A DNA stretch of 62,559 nt, the filler included, from Craspedostauros australis (Eukaryota), in assembly GCA_030167865.1 (NCBI GenBank). It is 8 parts of 8 records of this genome, joined end to end, with 100 filler letters (N's around TTAATTAATTAA, not from the genome) between each part and the next. Parts side by side here need not be neighbours in the genome. Positions count along the whole stretch, not along the records: positions 43,857 to 46,899 come from JALAGF010006703.1; positions 47,000 to 53,558 come from JALAGF010006704.1; positions 53,659 to 58,243 come from JALAGF010006705.1; 5 more parts are not named here. The stretch is one strand, 5' to 3'. Both the position numbers and the translations under genes were made by a program. Every line of letters begins with the position of its first letter. Position 1 is the first letter of the stretch. Shown piece by piece: positions 46,038 through 58,343 of the stretch. The notes under the pieces are model-generated. The model saw only the letters and a list, made by a program, of their open reading frames with translations. It was not told the DNA's origin and did no database searches.

Positions 46038-46899
46038 GACGTTGTCGACCATAACGTCCGCGGGCTTGTGCATCTTTAATCCGATGTCTCTCATCAGTTG
46101 CGTCACGAAGCGGATTTCTTTGCCTGCTTCTGACAGTGCTACGTATTCTGCTTCTGTCGAGCTGAGTGTTACGCTGCGTTGTGCCTTTGATCTCCATATG
46201 ATCGGCACTCCTTGTAGTAGGACGATGTGCCCTCCTACGCTGATGCGATTGTCCTTGTCACCCGCGAATTCGCTGTCGGTGAATATTACAATCTTCCATG
46301 CATCGTTAGTCAGTGGACTCGGTTTCATCTTTAGTCCATACTCTCTCGTGTCCCATACGAACTTCATGACTCGTAGCATCTCCTTGTATGCTGAGGCTGT
46401 TGGTCCGTCCAATACCTTGGTCAGTTCTCGCACTGCATTGGCGATGTCGGGTCGAGAGTGTTTCCCCAGGTATAGCAGCATGCCTACTCCGCTTCGGTAT
46501 CGGCTGTGTCGCTGCTCGTCCACCTTGGGTGCATCGCTGTTCCTTTGGATGCCCTGTCCTGGTGTTCCTGGTGTTCCGTATCGTTGTAGTTTCAGCACAT
46601 CGCTCCCGAACGTATCAATGATGTTCTTGAGGATGTGTGGTTGGTTCACCCAACAGTTCGTCTTGTCATGGTTGAATATGATCTTGCAGCTTAGGTAGTC
46701 TTCAAGATCTTCCTCCACTTTGACCCCGAACCGTTCCGCTCGGATATCCTTCACGAGCTTCTGCAGTTCCTGCTTCTCTCCGATGCAGAGACAGTTGTCC
46801 ACATAGGTGCCGATCAAAAGCAGTTGCCCTTCCTGATTCCGAATCAGTAGGCATGGGTCTACCTCACTCTGCCTGAACCCCAGTTTGAATAGGATGTCG
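46038..46899 (-). pseudogene. pol: Copia RT/RNase H fragment (catalytic YVDD changed to YVDN)
   Basis: DPCLL..GTYVDNCL..YRSGVGMLLYL..SRPDIANAVREL..TDSEFAGD..SSTEAEY. Confidence 0.9.
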
Positions 46900-49800
46900 N
46901 NNNNNNNNNNNNNNNNNNNNNNNNNNNNNNNNNNNNNNNNNNNTTAATTAATTAANNNNNNNNNNNNNNNNNNNNNNNNNNNNNNNNNNNNNNNNNNNNG
47001 ACCCTGCACTGATGTACTTGGTTCAGTGCTACAGGGTATACAGTCATTACAGCGCCTTGCTCTCCACATACGTAGATACACTGCAGTGTAGATCATGGCA
47101 TGTGGCAGTGACGACCATGAAGCAGTGGCTGTGGTTGGAGCTGGCTCTCGGATTCCATTGTTTGAGTTGAAGCAGGTTGGATACACGCGTTAAGACCACG
47201 GCAGTGGTGCAGTAGTCATCAGCATGGAGGGAATCAAAGTATGTTGTAGTAAAAGGATCTGAGGAGCATATAGTTCCCAAGGTGGGATGTGAGTCAGGTT
47301 GGTCATGTTTGGGTCATGATGGATTCGTGAATGGAGGAGAGAAAGGAGGAGAAAAGATTTGGTGGTCGATCAAGTCGGAAGATTTCGCGCCAAAACCAAG
47401 AATTTCTCCCATCAGGTTGATACCGTGTTCGGTAATAGTCTGTCCCTCATTGAATCTCAACTTACACTGTAGAATGGCATGGTCGCTGATGTCTCGTACG
47501 TGTCCACAGGCAGTTGATCTTGATGAGGGGGTGAGAACTTACGAATGAGAGAACGGGAGATTTATGAGCAGAGTGCGGTCATCATCGAACTGTTATGAGC
47601 AAACATCAAGCGAGGCCAATACCGTGCACTCCTCATCATCGTTACTCGTAGTCCCACGTCCATAAAGCATAGCACTTTGCTCACAATGATACCGCAACAG
47701 TATGTCATGTTCTGCTTCCCTTAGACACATAACCTCAACATCGTATCAGCACGCACGATCCATTCCTCCCAAGGCAACGCTTCAGAATCCACTCGAGGTC
47801 CGCTCAGGCATTCATGCGCGTGTGGCGAGGTCCGTCAAGATTTTGATCGGAGTACTCGAGCATTGGGCTCTGCCACCATGGCTCAATCTTGTCCGCATCG
47901 CCGACGAGGCACGAGTACGGACAGCACGGATCATTTGGATACATGTGACGGAATCTTGCTGGTCCGCGATGACCTGCTGTGAAATCACGACCACAAGCAC
48001 GCAAGAGTACTTACGATGAATCGTTGTGACGGTAGTCTGGTTACAAGCAACCAAGCCCACCACGTTTGCAATAATGCTGTGAACCCAGGATGGATCTTGG
48101 TGAGTTGCTCCGGTATTACGAGCTGGCAGTTCCTTCACCACATCGACTACTCCTGCATCAAGTGCCAGCAATTTGTCGTCGCGCAGAGCTGTCGGAAGCT
48201 ATTGGAGGCTGCGCGGGTGGCGAGGCTCGCATGAGGATGGCACGACCACTACGGCAATCGCGAGGTATGTATGGTACGAGCATGGTGTTGGCCAAGCGAT
48301 TGCAGGATGGGAAAAGGCGCATTGCAATCCTGGCACCACGGCAAACCAAGGTCTTTCTCTAAACCAAGGTTGCATTGAGGACTGATCGCAGGGCACGCCA
48401 CATACCCTGGAAGAGCAGTGCTCTCTGATCGCATGATTCTCTGGGCCGTGGTTGTCCACTGCTGACAGGTCCATCCGTGTGATCCTCTCTGTGATGGTGT
48501 TACCGCTTATTAGGTCACATTAGCACAATAGTCGTACCGTGCAGTTTGGAGCAAACGCTCAGTATCATTCCGGTCCCCCAAGCTGCGAAGGCTCGTTCTA
48601 TCGACTTCCAGGCTCGTGCCACACACGCGCCATCGATCTTCTTCGCTCGATTCGAATCGTCGAACAATACCAGTGTCGCGCTTGAGAGATTGCTTTAGGT
48701 AATGGCATCGTTGTTGTGCATTGCGAATGTCAAGAAGGAGAGTGGGAGAGCTGCAGAGTCCTCCATGGGTGTTCTGTGGATGCTGGGTGTTGTCGAACAT
48801 GTGCGGTACTCTGCACGTCTTGCATGTTCGGCCCATACTCGTACACGTAGTCGTGGCTTCTCTACAACTATTCGACACGCATTGCGAGTACCCAAAAGGG
48901 TGTTCAATTGGGACACAGCACACGAGCAGTGCGGCGCAGCACTCATCGTGGGGATGGAGGATCTTTCAATCTTGCGCAGACTCTCATTTTGTCTACTTGT
49001 GCTACGTGGTACGAGCTACATGAGTCTCGAGCACGCTGCATGGACTGGCGCTTCGGAGTATTCACATGGGCCACTCCAGACGACCACATCACTTTCGCAG
49101 GAGGTGTGGGGCTTGCCTACGAGCTGTTCATGCGCATGTATTGCATGCATGAGCCATGGTGCCGCATCGACACCAGCGTCTGCGCGGAAACCGTTGATGG
49201 TGCTTTGTGGCTTGGTACGAGGTACTGGTGACGCGCACCCCGTCGAGATGAGAGAAAGGAGAGGCAATCACCGACAGTCAGAAACATGAATTCCAGCCGT
49301 CGTGGCCTTGATACAATTCAGCGGTGATGGTGTGCTGCGCTGTGCCGTGTCCTGGTTTTGGTCTCAGTCACCGTTGATATGTCAATGTTCTCTGCCTCTG
49401 TCGACCCGTGACAAATTTGTGACCAAAGTCAAGGGACCGGGGGCGTTCGCCAGACCTCCGAAGGTGAATTCCTGTGGCCTTCTCCAGTTCCCCTTGTACA
49501 CACCAGGATTTCTTGCCATCTCAATGTGGGTTGGAACCAGTTTCGGGAGGAAGCAAGGAGGCAAATCCAAAGCGTGCAAGGAGTTGATTGATCGAGCCTG
49601 CCAACACATGAAGCAAGATGCTGGACAAACGCCAATCTGTGCACTTTCGCTGCCCGATAAGTCCACCATGGAAGCACTGTGTGGAATGGCAATCTGCCGC
49701 AGGAACTCTTCGCTCGCACTCTCGAGTGTGCTCTGGAAGGAAGCCTCAGGAATGTCAAACAGAGATGCCGAGCCAAAATCGAGAGGGCGTCTTGGGAATC

Positions 49801-52410
49801 CCCAGAGTGCGAGAGAGCGTAGATAGTACTCGGACAGGTATTAGTGGAGTGGAGAGTACACCGTATTCAGATCACTATCCCCGATGACCCTATTCAACTT
49901 TGTCTCTGAGTTGTTAGCGCTGCCAATCCAATGTGTTGGCCAAAATGCCATCCTCCTTCACGTTCGCTCCTTGACAGCCGTGCGATTGCGATGGGTAGCG
50001 ACAACGCACGGAATGGAAACGACACCGCCTCGGCGAACGCGGCAATGGGCATGAGCACAAGCACGGCGCCTCCTGCCCAAACATAGTACCACACTGGCAC
50101 ATGCACATACGACGACTTGTGGAGAACATTCTCTTGCTCGGCGCGCGCGAGGCTCCACCCGTTTCCTCTTTTCTGACGGAATGGAACCGCGAGGAGGTTG
50201 GTGACATTGGAGTTGATCGACCGGATGGGGGTCGCAACCACATGAACAGGAATGGCACGTTATTGTTTTGGACCACATCGCTTGCTCTTGATGTCGTTTA
50301 GATGACTGGAGCGAGCGAATTGCAACTGTCGCGTACACTCGTTTATGGACAATCCAACGGAAGAAGCGCAGAGAACAGACACATACATCATCGGTTCGTC
50401 GAGCGAACAAACAGATGGCCAGTCCAGATGTCACTGTTACCAAACAAGAACTGCGTCGAGGAAGCTTAACCTTTTGCTGATACCATCTGGCACGCACTCA
50501 GACAAACAAACCAGCCTCAATTGGAGAATGGTACGGAATAGTGGAAGATCAAAGGTGCCGTTGAAACACGTACTAGTATCGCCCGACAGATTTCTCCGAC
50601 GAATGTCTCCACCCAACACGACAGAAGCTCTCTCCCTCACGGTACCAACGCCCTGGGTGCGCAGCAAAGTGCGGACACAATTACGAGCACTTGCGGATGA
50701 ACTTTCGCTTCCTCCTTTGCCATCACCCTCGAGACCTTCCTCTTCTTTCTGTCGTTGATTGGTGTGGTGCCAGCGTGGGTGTCAGTTTGGGTGTCGTTGT
50801 TGTTGTCGCTGTGGTTGTGGTGGTCGTTTGATCGATTAGAGGGGTTCGAGTGGCCCCAGAAGTTGGGTACTGGGACACGCCGGGCTGTCCGAATTCCAGG
50901 GGGAGCCCCGCTATTGAGACTTGTCTGGACGCAATGGAGACAGCCACTTTCGTGGGGATTTAGGTCTTTGCAATGCCCATGTGACGTCACGATTCGCTTT
51001 CTTCCTTCCCTTTTTCCCGCACGGTTTCGTCAAACTGTTTGTTTCCTCATGGTACCGACATGGTTTTTCGCATTTTTGCCCAATCTGAACCAAAATGATT
51101 GATTCGATTGTCCAGATCTCTCTCTTTTTGCATCTCCTGTACGCGAATCATCGCATGATTCTTGTCTCTTCTTGTTTCTTTCTGTCAAAACAATGCACAC
51201 TGTTCAAAAACAAGGACGATAATGCCAAAACTTGAGTACTTTGATCTGTGGTCTATTCGCGTTGTTGGCAACGAGGAGGAGCGTTGATTTCTTGTGTGGC
51301 AATCCATGCTCAACTCTCAACACAACTCATTCAGAAACTCGTTGACAACACTGCTAATTGACACTACCTCCTCCCTCCCTTCCTTCCAAGTCAACTTCAT
51401 CTGCAGAGCAAGTATGTAGCTCATGTGGAAGTGGGATCGAGAGTGGAAGAAGNAGCATNTCANNCCAAGAACCCAAGCCATGCCAACAAACAATCCCCAA
51501 CAACAAATAGACTCCAACACAACAGTCTCCCACCCTCTCATACTCAGCCATGCCATACTTGGCATTCAACAAACACCCATCCATCTATCCATCCCTGCCA
51601 CACCATGCCATGCCAATGTGCCTCTAGAGATAGATAGTATCGACACCTGGGGGATGCTCCATCCTGTCTCATATCACACCAAACAAAGACTGTCCCAGCT
51701 GTAGTGGACAACTTGATGGGATCCGTCACACATTTCCTCACTGTAGCAAAGCAACAGAGTTGTCATTCATTGCAGAACCTCCTGTCTGTCGCAGATGTGC
51801 GGTGCACCAAGTCATGGACTTGGCATGCTATGCTTACGTCACTGATCGTTTCAGCAATGACACCATCATCCTTTGCAACAATTGAAGTGGGCAGGCATGG
51901 TGTATACATTGTTCCTTTGCGCTGTCTTCACCATCTCATCAGACCACACATTGCCAATGCAAAAACAGCAGGCAAAGCATCCAGTGAAGCATCTGCCAGA
52001 CACCAATGTACAATGAATTTGTCAGCATTATTCAACATGCAGACTGCATTCTGTATTCTGAAACAACTCACCAATCAGAACACAGCATGCGGCAGGAGCT
52101 GAAACATCTGCCAACGATCAACAATGAGTGGGCGGCTCCAGACAGCAGCTGGAGAGCTTCTGATCACACCCAACAACTTCACACACGGCTGAGCATCGAT
52201 CAGAGTATTCTGCCACCACCAATTATCAATGTATCAGCAGTGATCCTTGCCAGATGTCATTTGGCAAGCAGTAGTGAATTGGCAGTGATGATTTACAAGA
52301 GAGAGAGAGGGAGGAGCATCCAGCACACCACTTGACCCAACCAGAGAATCCACAGTTTACCCAACCAAGAGATTCCAGAGAAGCATATCCAGAAGAGAGC
52401 TGAGCATGCA

Positions 52411-53208
52411 TGTTGGCAAGCTCTGCTCACGGAAGCCTATGATTGTGGAAGATGGTATTGGTTGATAGTTGTTCGTTTGCTATTTTATTATGTTGGCACT
52501 CCGATCCTCCTGATGTCCATTTGTTCTCTTGCCCGATGCTCTTGGCGCTTCAATCTGTTTTGTAGATTCAGTCTCCAACTATGAGTCGGTGTGCAAGATG
52601 CTCTCTCGCTGCTCTTCGTATTCTCTCTCTCTGTCTCAGCATTATGTGCTTTGTGCTACACCATGCTCTGTGTTCGATGCGTACTCCGCATTCGACACTC
52701 CATTCATTCACTACTGGTTCCTAATCCATGAGTATTTACCATTTGAAGTTCATCTCCCATATCCATGATCTTGATGCCCTTTGGTCATTGGATCTTTGCC
52801 TCCTGTTCTGACTTGGAGACAGATGTCAACGTGGTGACACGATGACATCCTGTCAACGTCAGTAGGCGTCCTTCTGCTCTCCAGATGTCACATTCCATTG
52901 GTGATGCAGTAGCCTGTCAGATGATATCGTCATCTGAGGTTTAGTTGGGAAGTACCTTGAGATTCTCTTGGTACCATTGATGGATGGACGGACGATCTTC
53001 CAATTCTCTCAGAAATCGTTATTTGCAAATTTCCTCCAGAAATTCTGCTCATTTTCAGGTGTTCCATTTCCACTGTGATTCTGACAAATCACAGTATACA
53101 ATTGACACGAATGTAGTTGTACCGTCCGTATATGAATAAGAGATTAACAGGTGAATGATGCACATATACACGTACATCTTGACATATGCACGCATGTACA
53201 TCTCGACA
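52411..53208. repeat. LTR family B, ~800 bp (further pieces at 53465-53558 inverted and 53659-53979)
   Basis: TGTTGG...CTCGACA bounded; homologous to the 45543 and 54085 copies. Confidence 0.7.
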
Positions 53209-54084
53209 CAGCTGGATGCTTGAGGTTGAATGGAGTCCAANNNNNNNNNNNNNNNNNNNNNNNNNNNNNNNNNNNNNNNNNNNNNNNNNNGCACATATAC
53301 ACGTACATCTTGACATATGCACGCATGTACATCTCGACACAGCTGGATGCTTGAGGTTGAATGGAGTCCAATGGCGTCAAAGCTTCCTATTGCTTGCGCA
53401 AGGCCACCACAACATTGCTCCAACACTCTTTCCAACACCAACAATCATACACTTTTCAAAGGATTGTCGAGATCTACATGTGAGTATATGTCGAGATGTA
53501 CGTGTATATGTGCATCGTTCACCCGCTATTCTCTCATACGCACTTGGACGGTATAACTNNNNNNNNNNNNNNNNNNNNNNNNNNNNNNNNNNNNNNNNNN
53601 NNTTAATTAATTAANNNNNNNNNNNNNNNNNNNNNNNNNNNNNNNNNNNNNNNNNNNNTCACGTTCCATTGGTGATGCAGCAGTCTGTCAGATGATATCG
53701 TCATCTGAGGTTTAGTTGGGAAGTACCTCGAGATTCTCTTGGCACCATTGATTGATGGACGGACGATCTTCCAATTCTCTCAGAAATCGTTGATTGCAAA
53801 TTTCCTCCAGAAATCTTGCTCCTTTTCGTGTGTTCCATTTCCACTGTAATTCTGACGAATCACAGTATACTATCGACACGAATGTAGTTGTACCGTCCAA
53901 GTGCGTATGAGAGAATAACGGGTGAACGATGCACATATACACGTACATCTCGACATATACTCACATTTACATCTCGACACTCAGGATGCAAAGGGAATAC
54001 TCTCAGGCACACAGATGACAGTCTTCTATTGATTAGCTGTAGATGGTGTATTGCTGATACACCCCTTGTTGTGAACCAGATTTG

Positions 54085-54843
54085 TGTTGGCAAGTTCCTC
54101 TCACAGATACTCTTGCGACTGCTGACAATGGTGATGGTGGTGGTTACGATTCTGTTTCCTATTTCATTGTGATGTTTTTCCGATGGTTCTTGGAGTCTCC
54201 CAATGCTCTCGGTATCTCCTGACTATGACTCGGCACATGAGATGCTCTCTTGCTACTTCTTGTACTCTCTCTCTCTATCTCTCTTGCATGTTGGTACTAT
54301 GTGATACTCTGTATTTGATACATACTCCGTTGTCTCATCCTCTATTGATCTAACACTCCTTGTGTAGTCTCCGATGTCTCAATTGAACTCCTCTTTGCAT
54401 ATCCACAATCATGATGGCGCTCTGGTCATAGAATCTTTGCCTTCCTGTTCTGATGTGGAGACATCTGTCAACGTGGTGACAAAATGACATTGTGTTGATG
54501 TCAGCTGTTGCCTTCTATGGTCCTTCAGATTCCATATTCCATCGATGATGCGATGGTCTGGCAAAGATATCGTCATTTGAGGTTTAGTTGGGAAGAACAT
54601 CGATTCTTGCTCGATGTCACATGTTTCAGATGGTTGATGGACAGACGAGATTCCTGATGCTCTCAGAAATCGTTGTTCACAAATTCCCTTCCAAAATTCT
54701 GAATGATTTCGGTGCCCAAATTCGTGATGTGATTCCATTCAATCACACTTCACTCATGCCATGAATATTTGCGCCGCTAGCATGTAGAGTATAAGAGAAC
54801 AATGGGTGAGCGATACACCTACACACATGCACAATCTGTCACA
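54085..54843. repeat. Solo LTR (family B variant) flanked by GATTTG direct repeats
   Basis: GATTTG|TGTTGG...TGTCACA|GATTTG. Confidence 0.7.
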
Positions 54844-56227
54844 GATTTGGATCTGTATCTCATCCATACGACCCTTCCAGCCCCTCCGCATGCCCCTTGT
54901 GCATTCCCACACTCCCTGGCGACACGCTGATGTATCTAGAATGGGCTGGGTGTGAATGGCACTGATGGTACACCTCCATATGATGATGCCATTGTCTTTC
55001 TTGGCTCCCACCAACAACGACCATTCGTCAGATATGGTGGGGTGCAGCCTCTTGCAGACCGTCTCTCTGGTGCAGACTTCGCAGAATTTGTCTTGAGTTG
55101 ATACTTCACACATCCTGTGTGGGTGGGTTGGCAATTGGTTGACTTGTTGATGGCGCCCATCATGGCTGAAGTCACATGGTGGGTGTGCTGCCATCCCCCC
55201 TCTCCCCCCGATTCCTGCCCACCAACTTTTCCTCTGCACGGACACCTTCCCGGTCGTCCCCAAGCCTCACGTTTTGTGGGAGGTTTGGCCCTGCCCATAT
55301 GGATGCATCTTGTTCATTCATAGGCATTGGTGTGGGCTGTGCATGGAACACGCAGGCCACATCCAATGAGCCAATCTGGCACCACATTGTGGCCTTCGTG
55401 CAGGGGCCTGCCACGGCCCCAAATCAACCGCTCTTGCAGCCTCCACTCACCCACTCACCAAGGGTTGCATCATGGTGACGGCAATGTGCTTGGATTTCTC
55501 GCGAGACTGTTGGTTGGTGTGGTGCTGGGGGTGCCATTGAACGGCCATTGCGGAGGTTTTGTTTTGCCATGCCATTGTTGTGTTGTTGTCTGAAGTTTCG
55601 CATTTTCAACCTGTCTCACATGTTGGGGGATGTAGAGATTCCCTCAAATTGTACCGAATGTACGAAAGAATAATGACACAATACACTTCGAGAGCATCAA
55701 TACGACTCGATCATTCCGTGGGGGCGAAACACACCTGAAGATGTTTCACATCGTGCTGTGATTGGTGAATCATGACATCGTATCCAGTTTCGTGACGTAG
55801 ATGACGGAGTGGCGAAATACAGCATAGAATGGATATAAACACGGACTCGCCGCTTCTCCCAACAAAGGCCAACACGCCGCAACTAGTGCTATCGTGGATG
55901 GACTGGTGGATCATCTCATCGGAACACCCCAGAAAGAGACCACACAAGTAAAAATTGGGAACAAACTCGCTGAAACAAAGAACAGCAAAAGGTTCAGTTG
56001 GATCGATGTAGTCGGAAGCACAAGGCTGAAACCCGAAAAAGATCGAAAAATATGCACAACCGTTAGTCCATAACCCTGATTTTAGGAATAGGAGCAACCT
56101 CAAAACTGTCATAGATGTCTGTCTATTTATGAACTACAAGGATTACACATATGTTCTTGGTTTGGATATCCGTAAGGAATTTTTTGTGTGGGCGTTTTCG
56201 TAAGTGGACTGGTGAGTCCACTTACGA
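54844..56227 (+). mobile_element. 3' non-coding module and right end of a third Sola3-like copy
   Basis: Colinear with 9533-10940 and 61188-62258; ends in a 13-bp-stem hairpin. Confidence 0.75.
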
Positions 56228-58343
56228 CCCCCTTGCATTTTTGGGCTTCGTAAGTGGACTCCTCANNNNNNNNNNNNNNNNNNNNNNNNNNNNNNNNNNN
56301 NNNNNNNNNNNNNNNNNNNNNNNNNNNNNNNNNNNNNNNNNNNNNNNNNNNNNNNNNNNNNNNNNNNNNNNNNNNNNNNNNNNNNNNNNNNNNNNNNNNN
56401 NNNNNNNNNNNNNNNNNNNNNNNNNNNNNNNNNNNNNNNNNNNNNNNNNNNNNNNNNNNNNNTTACGTGTTGTCAACCGCATCCTTGGACTTCAATAGAC
56501 TTGTAGACGGTAACACAACAACTTTGTGTGTAACCACAAGCTTTTTATCGTATTTGTTGTCCCCTTCAGTACCATCAACGTCTTTCATCATCAAATGTTG
56601 CTCTAATATAACACTGTTTAGGTTCCCACCAGCTTCAAGAAGCTTGTTTCATCGTGAGTACTTTGCCTGACATCGCATCCCTCANNNNNNNNNNNNNNNN
56701 NNNNNNNNNNNNNNNNNNNNNNNNNNNNNNNNNNAGTCCACTTACGACCACAAAAAAGTAGTCGAATTTCGCTCATCTGAGAAAAGACTACTTTGACCAC
56801 TCCACCTCCTCCAAATTCCCTGTTTCTCTCGGTTGCGTTCTGGTTGTGATGCTGGCTTCGTATTTTGTCGCGTTGATTTACGTGTTGTCAACCGCATCCT
56901 TGGACTTCAATAGACTTGTANNNNNNNNNNNNNNNNNNNNNNNNNNNNNNNNNNNNNNNNNNNNNNNNNNNNNNNNNNNNNNNNNNNNNNNNNNNNNNNN
57001 NNNNNNNNNNNNNNNNNNNNNTATAACACTGTTTAGGTTCCCACCAGCTTCAAGAAGCTTGTTTCATCGTGAGTACTTTGCCTGACATCGCATCCCTCAT
57101 CGAGCACATAGCAGACACCACCAACCACAGCGACAATGACACCGACAGTTCATACGAAGACTGGGTTATTGATACCCCAATTGATCTTGACAGTGACAAC
57201 AATGATGACATCCTTGGTGTCCACAACGAAAGCAATGTTGACGCCAACAACATCGATACTGGAGTCTACTCTGTTGGCAATGCNNNNNNNNNNNNNNNNN
57301 NNNNNNNNNNNNNNNNNNNNNNNNNNNNNNNNNNNNNNNNNNNNNNNNNNNNNNNNNNNNNNNNNNNNNNNNNNNNNNNNNNNNNNNNNNNNNNNNNNNN
57401 NNGCACATCCGGAACTGTTGAACAACCAGCTCTGACAGAACCAGAACGAGTGGCTTCTATGGGCCTGCAATGGAAGATGCTGGATCCCAACACAGTAGAG
57501 TTTGTGTTGCTGTGGGAAAGGTCTTGCTTGATGCAAAGGTGCACTACAAGCAGCTCACAAATGAACAAGACAACTCATNNNNNNNNNNNNNNNNNNNNNN
57601 NNNNNNNNNNNNNNNNNNNNNNNNNNNNNNNNNNNNNNNNNNNNNNNNNNNNNNNNNNNNNNNNNNNNNNNNNNNNNNNNNNNNNNNNNNNNNNNNNNNN
57701 NNNNNNNNNNNNNNNNNNNNNNNNNNNNNNNNNNNNNNNNNNNNNNNNNNNNNNNNNNNNNNNGCACCCATGGGAAGGCAAATTGCAAGCACTGCACAAT
57801 GCCGCCAAACCGTTTTCAAGGGCTGTGCATGAAGCAGCTTTCAAAGGGCTTGGACATCCTCTACAAGACTGCAATGATGGCTGCTTCGACCAATGCAAAC
57901 TATTCCATCCCATCTCCTAGCCAGACGACAAACAACTGCAGGATCCGCATGGCATCGCCCATGAGAAGGGAGTCAGTGTTGCCCAGGCTGCTGCAACCCA
58001 GCAGTCAAGTGATGCTGCAGCCAGCATCAACCGCAACTCTGGCAGGTATGCAATTGCACCTAGTACATGCAGTTGTTGTGCCTCCCCTTCATTCACATCG
58101 TCCGCATTGATGTCTGCCACATCAGCTCCTCCTCCATCTACATCTACAACGCACAGCATGAGATCATCTGCTTCTAGATGGACGAGGCCATCTCGACTCA
58201 CACCAGCATCAAGGCGCACAAAGTCCGTCCACTGCCATCAAGGNNNNNNNNNNNNNNNNNNNNNNNNNNNNNNNNNNNNNNNNNNNNTTAATTAATTAAN
58301 NNNNNNNNNNNNNNNNNNNNNNNNNNNNNNNNNNNNNNNNNNN

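Noticed and set aside
51317..52410. Possible gene in CA-rich sequence
   Set aside because: Only short, stop-riddled frames with no recognisable motif; likely an old decayed repeat.
7685..58299. Recurrent TTAATTAATTAA as a biological repeat or TTAA target site
   Set aside because: Always embedded in N runs; it is an artificial linker, so adjacency across it carries no meaning.
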